From the NCBI GenBank assembly GCA_963769025.1, contig CAVYKI010000009.1, positions 1,280,001 through 1,344,000 on the forward strand: a DNA stretch of 64,000 nt, given 5' to 3'. The DNA is from an uncultured Verrucomicrobiae bacterium. Lineage in GTDB: Bacteria; Verrucomicrobiota; Verrucomicrobiia; Chthoniobacterales; Chthoniobacteraceae. Below the pieces are notes generated by a model. That model was not told the DNA's origin, made no database searches, and was given only the letters and a program-made list of their open reading frames with translations. Within the stretch, counting starts at the first letter, position 1. The number at the start of each line of letters is the position of its first letter. The translations under genes were made by a program, and so were the position numbers. Shown here piece after piece: positions 62,927 through 64,000 of this stretch.

Positions 62927-63784
62927 ATGAATCGCCTCCTCCTGCTCATCGCCCTCACCGCGACCGCCGCCGCCCAGCGCGTCGCAGTCCCCGCTGGCGC
63001 GAGTCTCGGCGAAAGTGAGGCGCAGAAAATCGAGGAGAAGATTGCGACCGTCCGCCGCGATCTTCTTTCCAAGTACGAAACGCAGCTCGGCGAGCTGCAG
63101 CTCGCCTTGCAAAAGCTCGCCGACCTCGAAGGCGCACTCGCGGTCCGCGACGAACGGACCCGGGTGCATACCGAGCAGACGCTCTCGGACAAGAACCTCG
63201 TCTCGGATCCGAAATCGCTCCGCACACTCCAGCAGACCACGGTGTCCAAGATGAACGAGTTGGTCGCGGGCACCGTCGCGGAGTCGCTGCCAAAGCTCGT
63301 CGATCTCAAGAAGCAGCTCACGGTGGATGGCCGTCTCGACGACGCGTTTGCCGTGAAGCAGGCCATCGAACGCCTGCAGAATGCGAACGTGCCGATCGTC
63401 CGCGCCGACGCCGGCAGCATCGTCCCTGCCGAAATTCTCCTCCGCGCGTACAGCGCCGACCGGTCGCGCGCCGACAAGACCTACAAGGGCGTCCGCATCG
63501 CCGTGCGCGGCGTGAATGCGGGCTACAAGCTGGATCCCGACAATGGGAAAAATCTCCTCGTCTTCCTCACCGGCGGCACCTCCGCAGGCTGGGTGCAGTG
63601 CTCGTTCAGCCTCGCCCAGTGGCGCTACCGCGAAGACCGCTCCACCTCGGCGAGCGTCCTCGTCCTCATCCCGAAGGACGGCACCGAGGTGCGCATCGCA
63701 AAAGGCCAGCCGATCGACATCCTCGGCGACTGCACCGGCTGGGATGAAATGGTGAAGCTGACGAAGTGCGACGTGCCGCGGTAG
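62927..63784 (+). CDS. Secreted protein with helical repeats and a C-terminal OB-fold (tRNA_anti-like)
   Basis: Signal peptide; 'AY..D...AD..YKG.RI.V.G'. Confidence 0.65.
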   Translation: MNRLLLLIALTATAAAQRVAVPAGASLGESEAQKIEEKIATVRRDLLSKYETQLGELQLALQKLADLEGALAVRDERTRVHTEQTLSDKNLVSDPKSLRTLQQTTVSKMNELVAGTVAESLPKLVDLKKQLTVDGRLDDAFAVKQAIERLQNANVPIVRADAGSIVPAEILLRAYSADRSRADKTYKGVRIAVRGVNAGYKLDPDNGKNLLVFLTGGTSAGWVQCSFSLAQWRYREDRSTSASVLVLIPKDGTEVRIAKGQPIDILGDCTGWDEMVKLTKCDVPR

Positions 63785-63793
63785 CGGCGAGGT

Positions 63794-64000
63794 TCAGCGA
63801 GGCGCCCGCACCGCATCCCCGAGCGGCTTCACGAAGGCGGCGACCTTCTCCACCAGCTTCGGGTCGCTGCCAAATTCCGCGATGCGCTTCACGATCGCGC
63901 TGCCGACCACCACGGCATCCGCGGCAGCCGCGACCGCGCGCACCTGCTCCGGCGTACCGATTCCGAAGCCGACCGAGATGGGAAGCGGAGTCGTCCTTTT
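63794..64000 (-). CDS. trpA: Tryptophan synthase alpha chain, 3' end only
   Basis: Own translation: KRTTPLPISVGFGIGTPEQVRAVAAAADAVVVGSAIVK...*. Confidence 0.9.
   Translation of the reverse strand, partial: KRTTPLPISVGFGIGTPEQVRAVAAAADAVVVGSAIVKRIAEFGSDPKLVEKVAAFVKPLGDAVRAPR

Overview
GC-rich bacterial chromosomal window. Its gene content (PSCyt/DUF1549/DUF1553 cytochromes, three DUF1501 proteins, a PVC-type heme/HEAT protein, sulfatases, an RRM protein and a TIGR04073-like protein) points to a Verrucomicrobiota (PVC) genome; this is an inference. It holds about 59 CDS. Housekeeping genes include uppP, glnB, murA, prmC, rsmE, dnaJ, grpE, rlmN, rpmB, obgE, the trpA 3' end and korAB-like genes. 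There are also exported carbohydrate/redox proteins and an RDD-SpoIIM-DUF4129-DUF4350-MoxR-DUF58 operon. I saw no tRNA, rRNA, CRISPR array, transposase, integrase or phage gene. About 16 genes, including the normally essential murA and obgE, are broken by small indels, most likely long-read consensus errors. Top leads: (1) a 75-bp inverted REP-like doublet sitting in frame inside a cytochrome c gene (22566-22640); (2) a hidden 67-aa basic protein placed between L28 and a terminator, upstream of a COG0523 metallochaperone; (3) a bacterial Rsm22/METTL17-like methyltransferase with four candidate Fe-S cysteines next to obgE; (4) sulfatase-PSCyt cytochrome-DUF1080-DUF1501 cassettes that may be an uncharacterised periplasmic redox glycan-processing system. 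All family calls come from motif recognition, not database searches.
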